Shown in pieces: positions 38,401 to 52,467 of a DNA stretch of 64,000 bases; within the stretch, counting starts at the first letter, position 1; every line of letters starts with the position of its first letter. The translations under genes and the position numbers were made by a program. This stretch comes from Microbotryum violaceum (lineage: Eukaryota), in NCBI GenBank assembly GCA_001244265.2, contig CDLV01000005.1:682001-746000 (forward strand), read 5' to 3'. Below the pieces are notes generated by a model. It was not told the origin of the DNA, made no database searches, and was given only the letters and a program-made list of their open reading frames with translations.

Positions 38401-41400
38401 CAAAGTGAGAAGCCGAGTAGAATTGAGCCGACGCGGCGGGTGCTCCCCTTCGTTGACCTCGTACGAGCGTGCGGAACAAGGCCTCGGTCTTGTTGACCAT
38501 CCCTTCGGACTGCCAGACGTATTGCTCGCGTTGCAAGTCTCGTCCGACCGTAGCCAGCGCGTTCGCGATCCCACTTGCACCTCCCTGAGGCCCAGCGGCT
38601 TCGACCTCGTCCTTCATGCGAATCTCGTTGCGATTGATCTCGTCGTAGATACCGACGAGCAAGGCCTCATCCAAATCGTTGCCGTCGTCGATACCGCGGT
38701 TATTGCGGATGAACTCGACTTTGGACATAGGTTTCTTGACCTGAGGGTTGTGCGCGTCCGTGTTGAGCAAGATGACCGAGAAAGCGAGGATGTAAGCCGT
38801 ATCGGCATTCGCAAAGACACCAGGGTTGCCCGCCGTGTACCTCTCGGCGAACTTGAGCATGTACCGATCGATCTTTTGCGCTTCGCCGGGAAGTCGGAAC
38901 GATTGTAGAAACGCGCGCAAGGCATCGACGAAAGCCGTGTTGGTGAAATCCATGAGGTCGACGAAGGCGTGCATCGTCGCAATGTTCTCCGCATCCCCTT
39001 CGCCCAAATACTCGCCAATCTGCGCCTTGTCGAGCCCATCGGCGTGGAGCAAGAAGCGGGCCACATCCTTGGGCTCGTTCGAGCGAATGAAGCCAGTTTC
39101 GATCAAGAAAGATACACCCCGTTTCGGCTTGAAATTGAACTTTTTGATACCTTCCAACAGGGTCGTCTTGCGCTGCTTGGCATTCTCGAACCGACTTGGA
39201 TCGTCGGCGGGCACGACGTCGGGTGTCTGAGCTCGTGACCGAGAGAGATCGACAGATGCAGGAGCAGCGCCGAGCGAACGACGCGGGGTGTCGGAGTAGT
39301 CGGTATCTGCCTCTTCCGAGCGCGGTGTCGGCGGGAGGTTGGCATTCATCGACCCATTGAATTCGGACCCGGTCATCGTCGTCGTCGTCGCGCCCCCTCG
39401 GGCGGCCCACGAAACGAGCGATCGCAGGACCGTGACGAGCGCCTCGAGTGCCTGCCGCTTGAGGTGCATCTCCGGGGTAAGATGGGATAGAGCAGGGTCG
39501 GTCATGCGGGAATCGTCCGACAGCGTCGGGCCCGGGGTCGGGAAAGGGGACGTTGAGGCTGCCGAGGGTTGTGCTGCAGCCTTGCCGTCCGTCGAAGCAG
39601 GGAACTGCGTCGTCCCCAGCTTTGACACGATGTTGATCAGTCTCTCATAGATATTTTCCAGTGATGAGCGATCGCAGTCATAGTTGAGGTAGATATCGAC
39701 CAAGGCCTGCGGGTCTTGCGAGACCCGACCAAAGACGGCGAGCAGGATCGATTTTTGTTTGATCGTCGAGTTGCGCATCTCGAGGATGGGCAAGAAGATC
39801 TCGTTCAATAGCACCTCGATCTCCTTCTTGAGCTTGGTTCGCAACCCCTGGAGCACGCGCCAAAAGATCTCGCAACTTAGCTCAAATACCTGGATGACGG
39901 GGGAGACCGCATTTCGTGAGAGCGCGAGACAGAGGTACTGTTTGATCGCCTGAATGAAGGGAGTACGGTCGCGCGAGGTCGAGGAGATGATGGAAACGTA
40001 GGGGTCGACAAAGGCTGGGAGATAGTTGTTGACGATGTTCAAGACGAGATGAAGCGAGAGGAGCTTGGACCTCATGGCATGGGATTTCAAATCGCGCTCG
40101 CTGCATTATTTTATAGGAGTGTCGATTGTCAGCGTCGTTGCGTTTAGTCGAGGGGTACAGCCAAGGACACGTACCTATCGCTTCCCAACGGCTTCATCGA
40201 GAGCTTGCAGAGGGCTCGGAACACCAAGAAGGCATCCTTGATGTAGAGGTCGTTCCGATTGACGGTCACGTCACCCCCAGCCATAATCGGTGTTCCTTCG
40301 AACGAACGCTGTCTGTCTGTCGTCGCACTGCAGCCGCGAAAGCGCATTGCATCAGCTAGCCGACTCACATCCCCCGAGATGCGCGCGAGCCACTCACGTG
40401 TTGACATTCTCATGTGCAGGTGCCGATGTGGAAGCTTCAGTCGCGGCATCTTCCTTCTGCTCCTCCGAGGTCTCCCCTTCTGCAACGGCCTCTTTAACCG
40501 CGACTTGCGGAGCCTCGAGGGATTCCGACTCTTTCTCGGTATGATTTTGCTCTGCAACGTCAGCCTTCTCTTTGGTAGCTTCACCTTCCTCCTCGACACT
40601 GGCCAAATCGGCCTTGCTGCCGGCAAGACTTCCGTTACGACTCGAATACCCGCTTTTGCCGTTGACCGAGTCAGCGGCTGTGGCAGGTGTGACGTCTCCC
40701 GGGATCAAAGACTGCGGTCCGAGCTTGATGCGACCGAATACGCCTCCGACGATTTGCCCGAGGGTAGCTTGAGCCACGGTTTGGACGGTCCCCGGTCTTC
40801 CGAGAAGGAAGACGTTGTAAACCGTCCTGACGGCTTTGAGCAAGGATGATTGATGAACTTCGAGCGAGGTCGACAGGATGAGGGACAAGAGGGAAGACAA
40901 GAGACGAAGAAGGAGTGTGTCGTGTGGGGTCGTCGCGCCCGCTCCACCGGCCGAGGTCGAATTCGAGGTCGCACCGGCGGGAGAGGGGGAGAAGCAGTCG
41001 CACACGGTCGAGGTGACCAAGTCGGCGAGAGGGATCTGGTCGATGGGCACATTGGCGGAACCCACTGATTCGCCCTCGTCGTTCGTAGCCGAGGCGGCGT
41101 CGTTGACAGCATAGTGCGACGGCGGACGCTGGTCGACGAAAAAGTCATACGAGATGAGTTTGCCGATGCAGTCAAGGGCGGTGACCATCAAGGGCAACGA
41201 CTTGGACTCGCAAGCCAGCCGTAAAGGTTCAAAGACGAGATGAGGATCGACGGTTCCATCCGAGCCTGAGCCTGCGGAGGTGGACCCCTGGGGGTGTCTG
41301 AGCGCTTCCAACGCGACGTCGACCGCATCCTTGAGCGGCTTTGATTTCTTGGCCTCTTTTGAAGCTCCGATCGTTTCGAGGGCTGAGATGACCAGGATGC

Positions 41401-42352
41401 CCGAGACGAGCGAGTGGGATCCTGGCGCCGAGATGGTCGTCGTGGACGCGATCGAGGACCTGTGCGGCTGCGATTCTGCAGAGTCGATTCTAGGGCTCGA
41501 AGTGGAAGACACGACGCGAGACGAAGAAGAGCCGTGCACGGGGACAGATGGGGACGCGACTCGTTCGGGTGTCGGGTTCGCTTTGGTCGGCACGGCCGGG
41601 GGAGGTGTCTGGGACCTTGCCGGCTGGGGGTCGACCTCGGCCACGGCGGCGGCAGCGTCGGCCAAGACGGAAGCAGGTAGTGCGACCGGGGTGGATGTCG
41701 ACAGTTGTACATCCTCGAACTCTGACGGGGTGATCGGGGGCTCGGATAAGGACCGCTCGGATGCTACCTGGTTGCCGTTCGTCGACGTGGCGCTGGCTCG
41801 TGTCGAGGCCGATTGCTCGGAGGGGTGCTCGACACGTGGTCCATCGGGGGTCCCATCTATGCCATTCACCGATTCGAACTGGTTGATCTCAGTTCTAGAT
41901 GGTGGTGATGGTGTTGCGTCGGCGCCGTGGATCTCGGAGCGCGGCTGAACCTGCTCCTCAGCGGTGGCTGTGGTAGTGGAGGTGCCCGTCGCGGCACCAA
42001 GTCGGCTCGTCGTCGCATCCGAGGCGAGTCGATCGAGTGCTTGCACCTCGTCCTCCGGCGGTCCTTCGGGCGTGACCAGCCTCTCCTCGTCGACCATGGG
42101 TCTTTCAAGCGAATGGATGTCGATCTTGGGTCGCGACGATACGGGTGCCGCGACCAGCAGGGCCGGTGTCTCCAACTCGGGCTCTAGCACCGGTTCAAGC
42201 TTCGGCTCGTCGGCCGGCTGCGGCACGGGCTTTGTCTCGGGAGCAGCAGTCGTGTCCTGAGCCGAGGTAGACTGGGCAGGATCCGACGTACTGCTGGGCA
42301 TGACACTGCCACTCGCACTGGAAGTGGCCGGTGCCGAGTCGTCGTCCGCCAT
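35444..42352 (-). CDS. SEC7: Large Arf guanine-nucleotide exchange factor (Sec7/BIG family)
   Basis: DCB (ALDCIGKLISY); HUS (YIKDAFLVFRALCKLSMK, YLNYDCD); Sec7 domain (FNFKPKRG, FRLPGEAQKIDRYM, LNTDAHNPQVK); HDS (LQKLVEISYYNMNRIRLEW, LARIGTSCLQQL). ATG at 42352. Confidence 0.96.
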
Positions 42353-42608
42353 CTGGCTCGTCTCGGATGCGGCTGGGTGCGGTGAGTGAGCGGACACGCA
42401 TGGCGCGCGTATTCACGGCGCGCGTGTGGTCCAAGCCCCAAGCGGTCCGTGCGAGTTGCGAGCCCGCCCACTTTAAAACGACTGGGAACCGTTCGCAGCA
42501 GTTCGCAGCCAGCGCGCCCACCGCCATTTTCCTGCGGCCCGGGTCAGCGCTTACACCCACTGCTGCTTCACTCCCCGCACTCACTCTCTCCCATTTGTAC
42601 CTCGCATC

Positions 42609-44571
42609 ATGGCGACTCATGTGAGTATCAGTCTTCCGTCACACAAAGATGGCTCTCGATCGTCGCCCGTCCTGCCCCCGCTAACGCGTTTCTTTCGCAT
42701 CCCCGCTCCCCTGAATGCGGCTGCCCCTACCCGTACCCTACCCCTGCCTCGATCGCACCGCCCTTACCTCTCCTCCTTCCCAACAGGTGCTGTTCGAGTC
42801 AGCCACAGGGCTCGCGCTCTTCTCGTCCTCGTTCGTCGAAGAGGTCGGCAAATCCGCCAAGAATGTGCAGGCCTCGATCGACGAGCTGAGCAAGTTTGGC
42901 AAGATGGTCAAACTCGTCTCGTTCGTGCCGTTCCAGGACGCCGCACATGCGTTGGAGGTCGCGAATGATGTTTCAGAAGGTGCGTTCTTCTGCTGCGTTC
43001 GGTTGCAGAGAACGCCTTGCTGCTGTCTCACGGGGGCCAAATGGCAGGGTCATCTCACCTCCGCTTCCGACTGGCGAGGACTATGCCCTTTCGGACATCC
43101 TACGCTACGTCACATACTGACCCGAAACTCCTCGCGTTTTCTATCAGGTGTCGTCCATGAATTTCTGCAGGGCCTGCTCGAGCTCAATCTCGGTAAAAAG
43201 TCCGGCGTCGTTTTGGGCGTCGAGGAACGCGGCCTCGCTTCGTCCATCAAATCCATCCTCGGCATCGACTGCGACACCTCGGACCGATCGCTCGAACTGA
43301 TCCGTGGTGTCCGTCTCCACTCTGAAAAACTCCTCGCCGGCCTCGAACATGGCGATATGAGTCGTTCGCAACTCGGTCTCGGGCACGCCTACTCGCGCGC
43401 CAAGGTAAAGTTCAACGTCAACCGATCCGACAACATGATCATCCAGGCCATCGCTTTGCTCGACCAACTCGACAAGGACGTCAACTTGTTCGCGATGCGT
43501 GTGCGCGAATGGTACGGGTGGCACTTCCCTGAATTGGTCAAGATCGTCCCCGACAACTACCAGTACGCCAAGGTCATCAGCTTCATCGGCGACAAGACCA
43601 CTCTCTCGGACGACTCCATCGAAGGCTTGACCGAACTCTTGGAGAACAACGACATCCTTGCTCGTAACGTCGTCGATGCCGCCCGTGCGTCCATGGGTAC
43701 CGACATCTCCCCGATTGACCACCTCAACATCAAGAACTTTGCCTCTCGCGTCATCCACCTCTTCGAATACCGCAAATCGCTCCAAGCCTACCTCTCCGAA
43801 AAGATGGGCGTCGTCGCTCCCAACTTGGCCAGCCTGATCGGTGACACCGTAGGAGCTCGCTTGATCTCGCACGCCGGTTCGTTGACCAACTTGTCCAAAT
43901 ACCCCGCCTCGACGGTGCAAATTCTCGGTGCCGAAAAGGCTTTGTTCCGCGCGCTCAAGACCAAAGGCAACACACCCAAATACGGTCTCATCTATCACTC
44001 GACCTTCATCGGTCGTGCGGGAACCAAGAACAAGGGTCGCATCTCGCGTTTCCTCGCCAACAAGTGTTCGATCGCTTCCCGAATCGATTGCTTCTCCGAT
44101 GCACCTTCGACCAAGTTCGGCGAGGTCTTGAGGGGTCAGGTCGAGGAACGTTTGGCTTTTTACGAGTCGGGCGTGAACCCTACCAAGAATGCGGACGCGA
44201 TGAGGAAGGCTTTGGACCTCGTCAAGGCTGAGAATGCGGGCAAGGACGTCGAGGAAGTCGCTTTGCCCGGGATGGAGGTCGATGAAGATGAGGCCGAGAA
44301 ACCGAAAAAGAAGAAGGCCAAGAAGCGCAAGGCTGCTGGAGACGATGAAGAGGAACCGAGCAAGAAGGTCAAGGCTGGGGAGGTGATTGAGGATGATGGA
44401 GAGGCGGCAAAGAAGGAGGCGAAGCGGTTGAAGAAGCTTGCCAAGGCTGCGCAAAAGGCCGCGGAGGAGCTTGAGGCCGTTGCGGAGGACAAGTCAGAGA
44501 AGAAGGACAAGTCGGAGAAGAAGGAAAAGTCGGAGAAGAAGGAGAAGAAGGAGAAGAAGGCCAAGGCATAA
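42609..44571 (+). CDS. NOP56: Box C/D snoRNP protein Nop56
   Basis: MATH|VLFESATG; LGLGHAYSRAKVKFNVNRSDNMIIQAI; YPASTVQILGAEKALFRALKTKGNTPKYG; KKE/KKD tail. Introns 42621-42786 and 42980-43147. Confidence 0.95.
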
Positions 44572-44878
44572 GAGACTCACTTGTTGTCCTTTTCGTCTCT
44601 TTTCCCTTCCGCTGCATTTTTTTCTGTCTTTCTAATCCCCCCTTTTGTTCAGCTTCTTCGCTTTCTTCTTTATGTGTTGCTGCCTGTAATATTAGGACTC
44701 GTCGCTTAATACCTCCGAAGATGCCTTTATGATTTTTACTCGAGCTGAGCGATGGCGCCGCGTCATGTCTGGCAAATAGGAGCCTCTGGCGCCGTCGTCA
44801 AATACTAGGATCTCAGATTCGTAATGCAAGCAAACGATAACGCTCGGTGTAAGTAAGAGGTATATACGGATGAATGTA

Positions 44879-47800
44879 TCAAAATGAACCAGATCCGATC
44901 ACATATGAATATGTCAAAAGACGATCGAGCGACATAAGATCAGGCATCGAATTTGAAAGGTGGGCTGAGCCAACTCTCCCAACTAGACTCAAGCTTCGGA
45001 TCGGCCGTCGTTCGTACGGCACTGTGGAGCAAGCCATTTTCAGTTGGCGACCCACAAAGTATGATAATATCAAGATCGAGATGACTGACCGCAACAAAAA
45101 CCGATACGGCGTCCCAACCACAACCGAGGCATTGACCCCCTTCTTAGCCGTCTCGTAGGATCCCTTGAAATCAACATGCACAGCCGTGAAACGACTAGAG
45201 GTGAAGCCATCGACGGCGTAATTCCTCGCTTGGTTGATAAGACCTTGGATGTGGCCTAGGGTCGACACGGAGGCGTACGTTTGCGCTGCGCGGGGCATGA
45301 GGATGGAGGGGCTCAAATCGACGAGATCGTTCGAATCGAAGTTCTCGAGAATGGGGACGTCGTCCTCTTCGGAGCGGCGTTTCAATCCTGCGTTGTTTCC
45401 GGGCGAGATTGTGGGCTTGAACGTTGTGTTGGCGAAGACGAGATCCACGTTATAAGCACGGGTCGCCTCTGTACACCGGGTTCAAGGCCAAGAGAAGTTG
45501 GTTAGTAAATATCTTCGTCACGAATGACAGATGTGAAGACCACTCACGAGACAAGCGAAAGGTCAATTGAACGCCCGAGCTCGTGTTGTAACTCTTGACC
45601 GCCGTAGCGCTCGTTTGGATCGAGGCACTAGTCCTTTTCACGTCCGAAACGAAAGGGAACCTCAGACCATCCTTGTACACCTGCGCATACGTTGACGTCT
45701 GATCAAGGATGCGCATGTCTCTCATGTTGTTGGCCATACCAAAGTAAGGGACGCGGAACGTTTGCTTGTGCTGGTCGTCGGCTTGGATCTCGATGAAGCC
45801 GCTGTAGAGAGGGAAGAGGGCAACTTGACCGGATGAGATTTGAGGGCGTGTGAAGTTGATTTGGAAAGTAGAGGTCTTGCCGGTTTGCACCGTGATGCGA
45901 CCGGGGCGGAACGAGGCTGACGCAGAGCGGGACAACACAGGAGGTTTGAGCGAGGGGTTGTACGCCCCCGACTTGTCATACGTCGCTCGAGTCTGAGCTC
46001 CCAGGTCAGAATAACGGTACGTGACGGCCTTGGAATTCTTGTTCGTGATTTTGATAATCTGCGTCCCGGCGAAATGTTCCGTGTCGTTGAGGTACAACTG
46101 GTTCGGCGAGACGAACGACTTGGCGCCGTACGCCCGATCGACTTGGATCAGTCCTGCACCTTGAAGCATCGTCGTCTCTAAAGGGCTCGTTGTGAGACGT
46201 TTGACGGGCAGTTGTTTAGCCGTCGACGAGAAGAGTTGGCGCAGCTCGATCGGCCCAAAATTCTCGGATTTGCGAGCGGCAAGAATCAATGCAGCCGAGC
46301 CCGCTGCGAAAGGAGCGGCCATATCGGTGCCGCCCAAGACGGCGTACCCTCCCAAGGAAAGCGGGATCGTACTGATGATATTGTTTCCCGGGGCAGCGAA
46401 ACTGGGTTGGCCGAACAAGTCGTTCGTCGGCCCAAAGGTGCTGAAGTAACTGATCTGGCCTCCGGTTTCGGTATCGAGAATGTTGAAATTGGGTTTGCTG
46501 TTCGCGGGGAACGCGACTTTGGGCCCCTGTTTCTTCTGCGCATTGTAGTATTTGAGCAGCTTGATGCCATCCTCTCGACGCATGTTCACCGTCGGAACCG
46601 AGCCTTGGACGTAGGCCCTGGCAAGAGGCTCGTCGCCGAGGCGTTGGTTGTAGAGCACGACGAATCGGGCACCCTTGGCCTGGGCATTATCAATCTGTTG
46701 ACCGGAGTAGCAATCACTTCGCTGGATGACAACCAGTCGGTTGCGGAGATTCGGTGTGGACAAAGGCAAAGGGTCACAGGCATCATTGCCGGTATCGGCC
46801 TTGTCCGAAGTAAAGTAGACCGAGAGCGTCTCTTTCGTATCTAGAGGCGTCGCCGAGAGGTAGGGAAGGGGCGGATAGCCTCCCGAATTGAAAATCATGT
46901 CGTAACCCGGTAAAGCGATGGATTGCACCGACGCGACCGCGACCCCGGAGCGGATGGCTGCAGGCGCTGAGGCGAAGAACATGCCTTCAGCTTGATGAGC
47001 TCCAATCGAGAAGACTGTGTGAATCCCCTGCTTATTGAGGCTCTCTACGACCGCTTGAATGTGCGTGGCGTCGAGCCAGCTGGCGAGGTTCGCGATGCTC
47101 ATGCTGATCACGTCGGCTTTGTCCTTGGCGGCTCGGAGTAAGGCGTCGATGAGGATGTCGTCGGTCGTCTCGGCCGAGCAACTGAAGACGCGGTACATGC
47201 CGAGAGTGGCCTTGGGGACAACACCTGAGAATCCGTACTTGTTCGCGTTGGCACCAATGACACCGGTGACTGCGAAAACGAAAGCCTCAAAGAATTTGAG
47301 TAGGACGCTCATCAGGTGCGACCATGGCTCGGTGATGAAGACTGACTGTGAGTACCATGAATGGAGCAGCTCGTGTACGGATCCGAGCCGCTCTTGGGTG
47401 TGTTGCTCTTATCATTGTAGTACGCATACCCGAAAGCGATCTTGCAACCTTTTCCAAAGCACCCACCCAGCACGGGGTGCTTGTAATCCACACCGGTGTC
47501 AATAATGGCGACCCTCATGCCGGCACCGAGGAATCCCTTGGCATGCATCTTGTCAACGCCCGTCATACGGTGAGGCGGAAACTGATCGTTCTTGTATTCG
47601 TTATCGCTACGGGGCAAGAGGTCCCGTCGCGAGATCACTGACGCATTGGTAGAGTCGGAGTTCGAGGCGGAAAAGGAGGTACCGATCGTCTGGACGTCCT
47701 TGTCGGGGTGGGGGATGCTCCGGACAGGCCAAACGTCCTGGCGGATCGTGAACATTACGAACAGAGATCAGCGACATTGAGCAAAGGAGTTCCATTCGTA

Positions 47801-48289
47801 GCCTCTGTCGGCTCACCGTCACACCAGGGATGGCCATCAGATCCGCCTCCGTCGTCCCGAACGGAACAGAGATACTGGCCCCGTTGAAGATCCCGGGAGA
47901 AAGGAACGTGCGCTGCGTCGTCACATCGATGCCATGGGCGCTGATCCGGTCAATGACGCTCGATACGGCCTGTAATTTGCAAAAACACGTCGTCATGTGA
48001 CAAGAATGGTGGTCAGCTCGCGATTTGACTCCTCTTCACCAAAATGGGTATACGCCGGGTTCCGACGAGATGCGCCGAGGTCTGCGCGCTGAGGGTGGTT
48101 GGCGCAGACTAAGACTGGTACCATGGGAAAACTGACCGCATCTGCCCCTTTGTTGAGGGGATTGCTCGAGTCACCAACAGAGATGATGAAACGGCCTGGA
48201 AGGGCTGTTCTTGTTTCTGCGGCCCCAGAGGTCGATACAATGGCCGACGCGAGCGAGAGAACAGCTGCGAGCAAGTTGAGCGAAATCAT
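44879..48289 (-). CDS. Secreted S8 subtilisin-like protein (PA and Fn3-like domains), probably catalytically inactive
   Basis: Signal peptide MISLNLLAAVLSLASA; VAIIDTGVDYKHP; HGTHVTG; SYFSTFGP; APGNNIIST; QGAGLIQV; LNDT. It has GTDMAAP in place of GTSMA. Confidence 0.88.
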
Positions 48290-48991
48290 CGCGTCCGACT
48301 ACACGGCGTTGGGTCGCAAACACAGCCGAGATAGTGGATGCAGTGGATTGAAAGAAGCGAGTTCGTCAACGAGAATCTGCTGCACTCGAAACCACTCAGA
48401 TTGGGATCGTCCGTCTGAAGAGGGAGTCTGGGAGAACAAGCGTGACGGGACGGGTGTGGTCGAGCCTCCAGCGGAGCAATTTCGAATTACGTGGATCTAG
48501 ATTATTTGAACAAAGCCAAACACCTTGCTTCGACGCTAAGAAAGCGGAAATGCCCTTGGAAAAGTCCACGACAAAGAGCCTTCTCCCCGGAGCCGTATGG
48601 ACGTCGGGCTTTCCAAAGTCAGAGTGATCAATAGGCTCCTTCCGCGAAGGCCTCGGATTTGGCGCGCGTCGACATTCCAACATTCCGCAAAACTTCGACG
48701 CGCCGGCGCCGACGGAGCACGGGCCTCTGTGTCATGAACACGTCATCGTCATCGCTGCCAGCTGGGTCCAATTCTATGTGAAAAACAAAGTTTGAACGAG
48801 ACGAATGGTGTTTGTTGAGGTAGCACGTACAACCAGGTTATCCGTCGGACAAGTCAAAAGGCGAACTGCTCGATCGATCCATTGCTCCTGGAAGCGACTG
48901 GCTTGCGCTCGTCCTCGCTCGTCCCGGGCAGCATCGCACGTCACCGGCTGTCACCGGCACCGAGACCGAGACCGAGACCGTCAGCGTCGCG

Positions 48992-51900
48992 ATGGCGGTC
49001 ACAGCCCGCCCTCGTCGATCCACAGCTCGCACCATCTCATACGTTAACCTTTTCGCAATTGCATCAACTTCAGGTTCGTCATCATCGTCGTCTGGAGATT
49101 CAGACAGCGACGAAGAGGGCGAGGGGTCAAATGGGGGTCACGACGCGTCGGATCGCAAGCCGAGTGCGAGCACCAGCAAGGGCAAGAGCTCTACCAAAAA
49201 GGCAGGCAAGAGCGAGGCCAAGTCCAAAGGGAAAGGGAAAGGGAAAGGGAAAGGGAAAGGGAAAGGGAAAGGACGTGCGGCTTCGTCGGACGAAGACAGT
49301 GGATCGGTGTTTGGGAGCTCGGACGCAGCGGAGGAGGCCGCTGACGATGACGACGAGGTCGATGAACTGCTCGAAGCATCCGACGACGACGATGCAGGCT
49401 CTGAACCTGAAAGATCGGATGCTGGGTCGAGCGACCGCGATGCCAATGCAGGACCGGCAGTCAAGATGCATCGCAAGGTGCTGAAACCGACGGCCGCAAG
49501 GGGGAGATCATCGGGCAAACACACCAAATCCCGAACCGACCACGTCCACTCAAGACGAGCTCAGCCACCGAGGCAGAAGCGAAAGACATTGTTGGACCCG
49601 AATTGGAGCAGTATCGGTGCGAGTTACGAACCACCGTATCGAGCACTTGACGAAGGCACCGACAGTTCGCCTTGGACGATTCGTGATGAAGGAGAAACGG
49701 CCGAGACGATCGATGATGAGGCACAGTCCAAGTTCATGGAGGCGTGGGCGATGCACCCTTTCGGCCTTCACAAATCATTGCTCCGTGATAATGCATGGGA
49801 GAAGGGCAAGTGGACCGCAACGGGCATATCGCCCAAGTGGGGCGGCTGGTATGACTCTAAACCCTCCACTTCGGTTCTTTCCGCGGAGTAAGCCCTGAAC
49901 ACGTCTACGGCCGGAGGGTGGCATGCTCACCAATCGTCCGCATTGACTTCCCACAGAGAGTGCACTGTATACCTTCCTACTCTCGTCTACCCCTCCCGAC
50001 CAACAAAAGTCTACCTCGGCGAAGAGCTTGCTGCCGAGGTCGACCACCATAACGAAGCAAGTTCAGCTGCGATGCCGGTCGATGAGAATGAAGGGGAGGC
50101 TGGAGATGATCATGAGCTAGAAGAATGGGTCAAGATCTGGGTTGGACCTTTGTTTGACAAGAATGAGCAGCAGCTTGTCTATTTGAAGCGCTTCGAAACG
50201 CATCGGCTGGGTACGTCGGGCTGCGACTAGGACGTGGACGCGCCAAGAAAGGTGTGACACCGCTGACGGATCTCATTGATCGATATCCAACGACAGATGA
50301 ATACCTTCCAAACAAACCTGGCCACATATTGAACGCTGGAGGCCCAGTCTCGGGCCTCGCTTGGTGTCCACGCCCCGACCCCGCCCCATCCACAGGTTGG
50401 TCGGTTGAGCGAAACAGGGTATGATGCAGCCAACTCATCAATAGGTCTTCCAACAGAATACCTTGCCGTCTCGTGCTTCTGCTCGGCCGAAGCGACACTG
50501 AAGATGACCAAAGTGCCCGGTCCGACGATGATTCAAATCTGGTCTCTTGACACGTCCGATCCCAGCGATATTTCGCTGGTGACCTCATCGTCGGCCGAGG
50601 CTCAAATGAATTTTGAGATGGCACTTTGCGTCGATCAAGGGGATGCATGGGAACTCAAGTGGTGCCCTCGGGGAGGCGATCGAACGAAACTGATGGATCA
50701 CGATGAGACCGAAGAGAGCCTGGGTTTGCTCGGCGGTGTTTTCGAAGACGGAAGTTTGGCTGTGTTCACTGTGCCCAATCCAGTCGAGGCAAGAAAGCAA
50801 CACAAGATGATGAAGACACTCTACTGTGAGTCCTAAACCCATTGACCCATCCATAACGCTCGTACTGACCGTGTATTCCTTGTACGCAGTGGCAGCCAAG
50901 CCAACACTGAGGATGGAACTGCCCGATACGAAGTGCACTTGCTTTGACTGGGCAAGCTACGAGACTATTGTCGCCGGGTGCAACAATGGCTGGGTTGCCG
51001 TGTGGTCCGTCGGTGATGCGCTGCGATCCGGTGGCAAAATTCAAAGTGAGTGCGAGCCAAGTTGAGCAAGTTGAGCGTTGACGATGTGAGTGTCCAGCTA
51101 ATGATCTTCCTCGCTGTCACAGCGGCGCGGCCGACTCATTACTTCAACGTCCACTTTGCCATTATCCGATCAATTGCCGTCATACGAGTGCCCCCACTTT
51201 CCACCGCACTCGATGGTACGTTGGATCTTGACGGCGAGCCGACGATCATCGCCACGACAGGGTACGATGGAAGCGTCTTTAAGACCGATCTACGCGATCT
51301 GTCCTCGGTCTCTTTAATGCATCACGAGCGAGGTGAGTCGGTGTCGGTGGGATGTTGAAGTATCTTGCCTCAACCGAGAAAAGAACTGATTTCGTTGGGC
51401 GACCACAGGCACGGGAATCGCGCTCGCTTACTGTTCGCAATCAGGTTTGTTGCTCAGCGATGATCCTGAAGCCCGCGTGCGTGGTTCGGTGCTCAAACCC
51501 AACAAGTCGGCAGCACGGGTGTGGCTCTCGGCCCATACTGGCCCAATCTGGGTGAGGATAAACCACCCGCTCGTTTGCCTGGATCAGGCATTGGCAATCC
51601 AGCCTGGCTAACTACTCTTCTGCTGGTCGTTTATATCAGTCAATCGCCTCCTCTCCACATCACCCTTTCGCAGCCTCAGCTAGTGCCGATGGTTGTTTAA
51701 TCATTGCCAACACGATCCGACCCAACCGTGATCGAATCGTCAGAGTCAGTTCAGTCTCAACTGGCCCTCTCATCTATAAACCCTCAAAGGACTAGCCACC
51801 TGAAGCCTCCATCTTCCTCTCTTCCACTTCCGACACGACAGGGCAACTACTCCCAAAAAGTCTACCGCCTTGACTTCCACCGTAGATTGGGCGAGTATCG

Positions 51901-52120
51901 CATGATCGACAACATGTTACCCGAAGCTCGACCGACGGCCGATTCAAATGGGAAGATTATGTTCCGAGGATCGATGTCAACGGCGTCATGGTCGCCTGAA
52001 GTAGGGATTGCTAGGGTCGCTTGGCATCCAGCTCTGGATCGGTGTGCTTTGTTGGCGAGTGGGACGATGTGTGGGTTAGTTAGAGTCGATTGGTGCGAAG
52101 GTGGGAAAGGGGTGGCTTGA
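48992..52120 (+). CDS. TFC6: Transcription factor TFIIIC WD40 subunit (Tfc6/tau91, GTF3C2-like)
   Basis: Acidic/basic N-terminus; GHILNAGGPVSGLAWCP; AWELKWCP; LGLLGGVFEDGSL; HPFAASASADG; LLASGTMCGLVRVDW. Confidence 0.75.
49229..49271. repeat. (GGGAAA)n hexamer microsatellite encoding (GK)n
   Basis: About 7 tandem copies. Confidence 0.9.
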
Positions 52121-52467
52121 CCAATGGAGACTTTGTGGCCCGCAAGGCTCATCATGTCATACCAATGATCTCGGGTTACTTGCTGAAATAATGCATGTGC
52201 AGGAACGTTCGTGACTTGACGAGCAAAGCCTGAACAGGGACATAAAAAGAGTGATCACATCGTTATTGGTGAGAAGGCGGGGTGGGGCTGCTGCAGCGAG
52301 CTATGCGACGAGGGATGGTGGGCGGAGACAGAGAGAGCGCGAGACGCGTCAAAGGTAACGGGCTCAAGAACTCGTGACAAAGTACTAAACAGAAAGAAAG
52401 AGGAAGAGGAACGCATGTACATAGAAATGGGGTCTTGACCGAATAAGCTTGAGACGGGGCACGTTGC

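Noticed and set aside
43144-44454. 436-aa antisense ORF over NOP56, and similar shadow ORFs over SEC7 and the formin
   Set aside because: These are expected by-products of strong codon bias in GC-rich coding DNA; no recognisable motifs.
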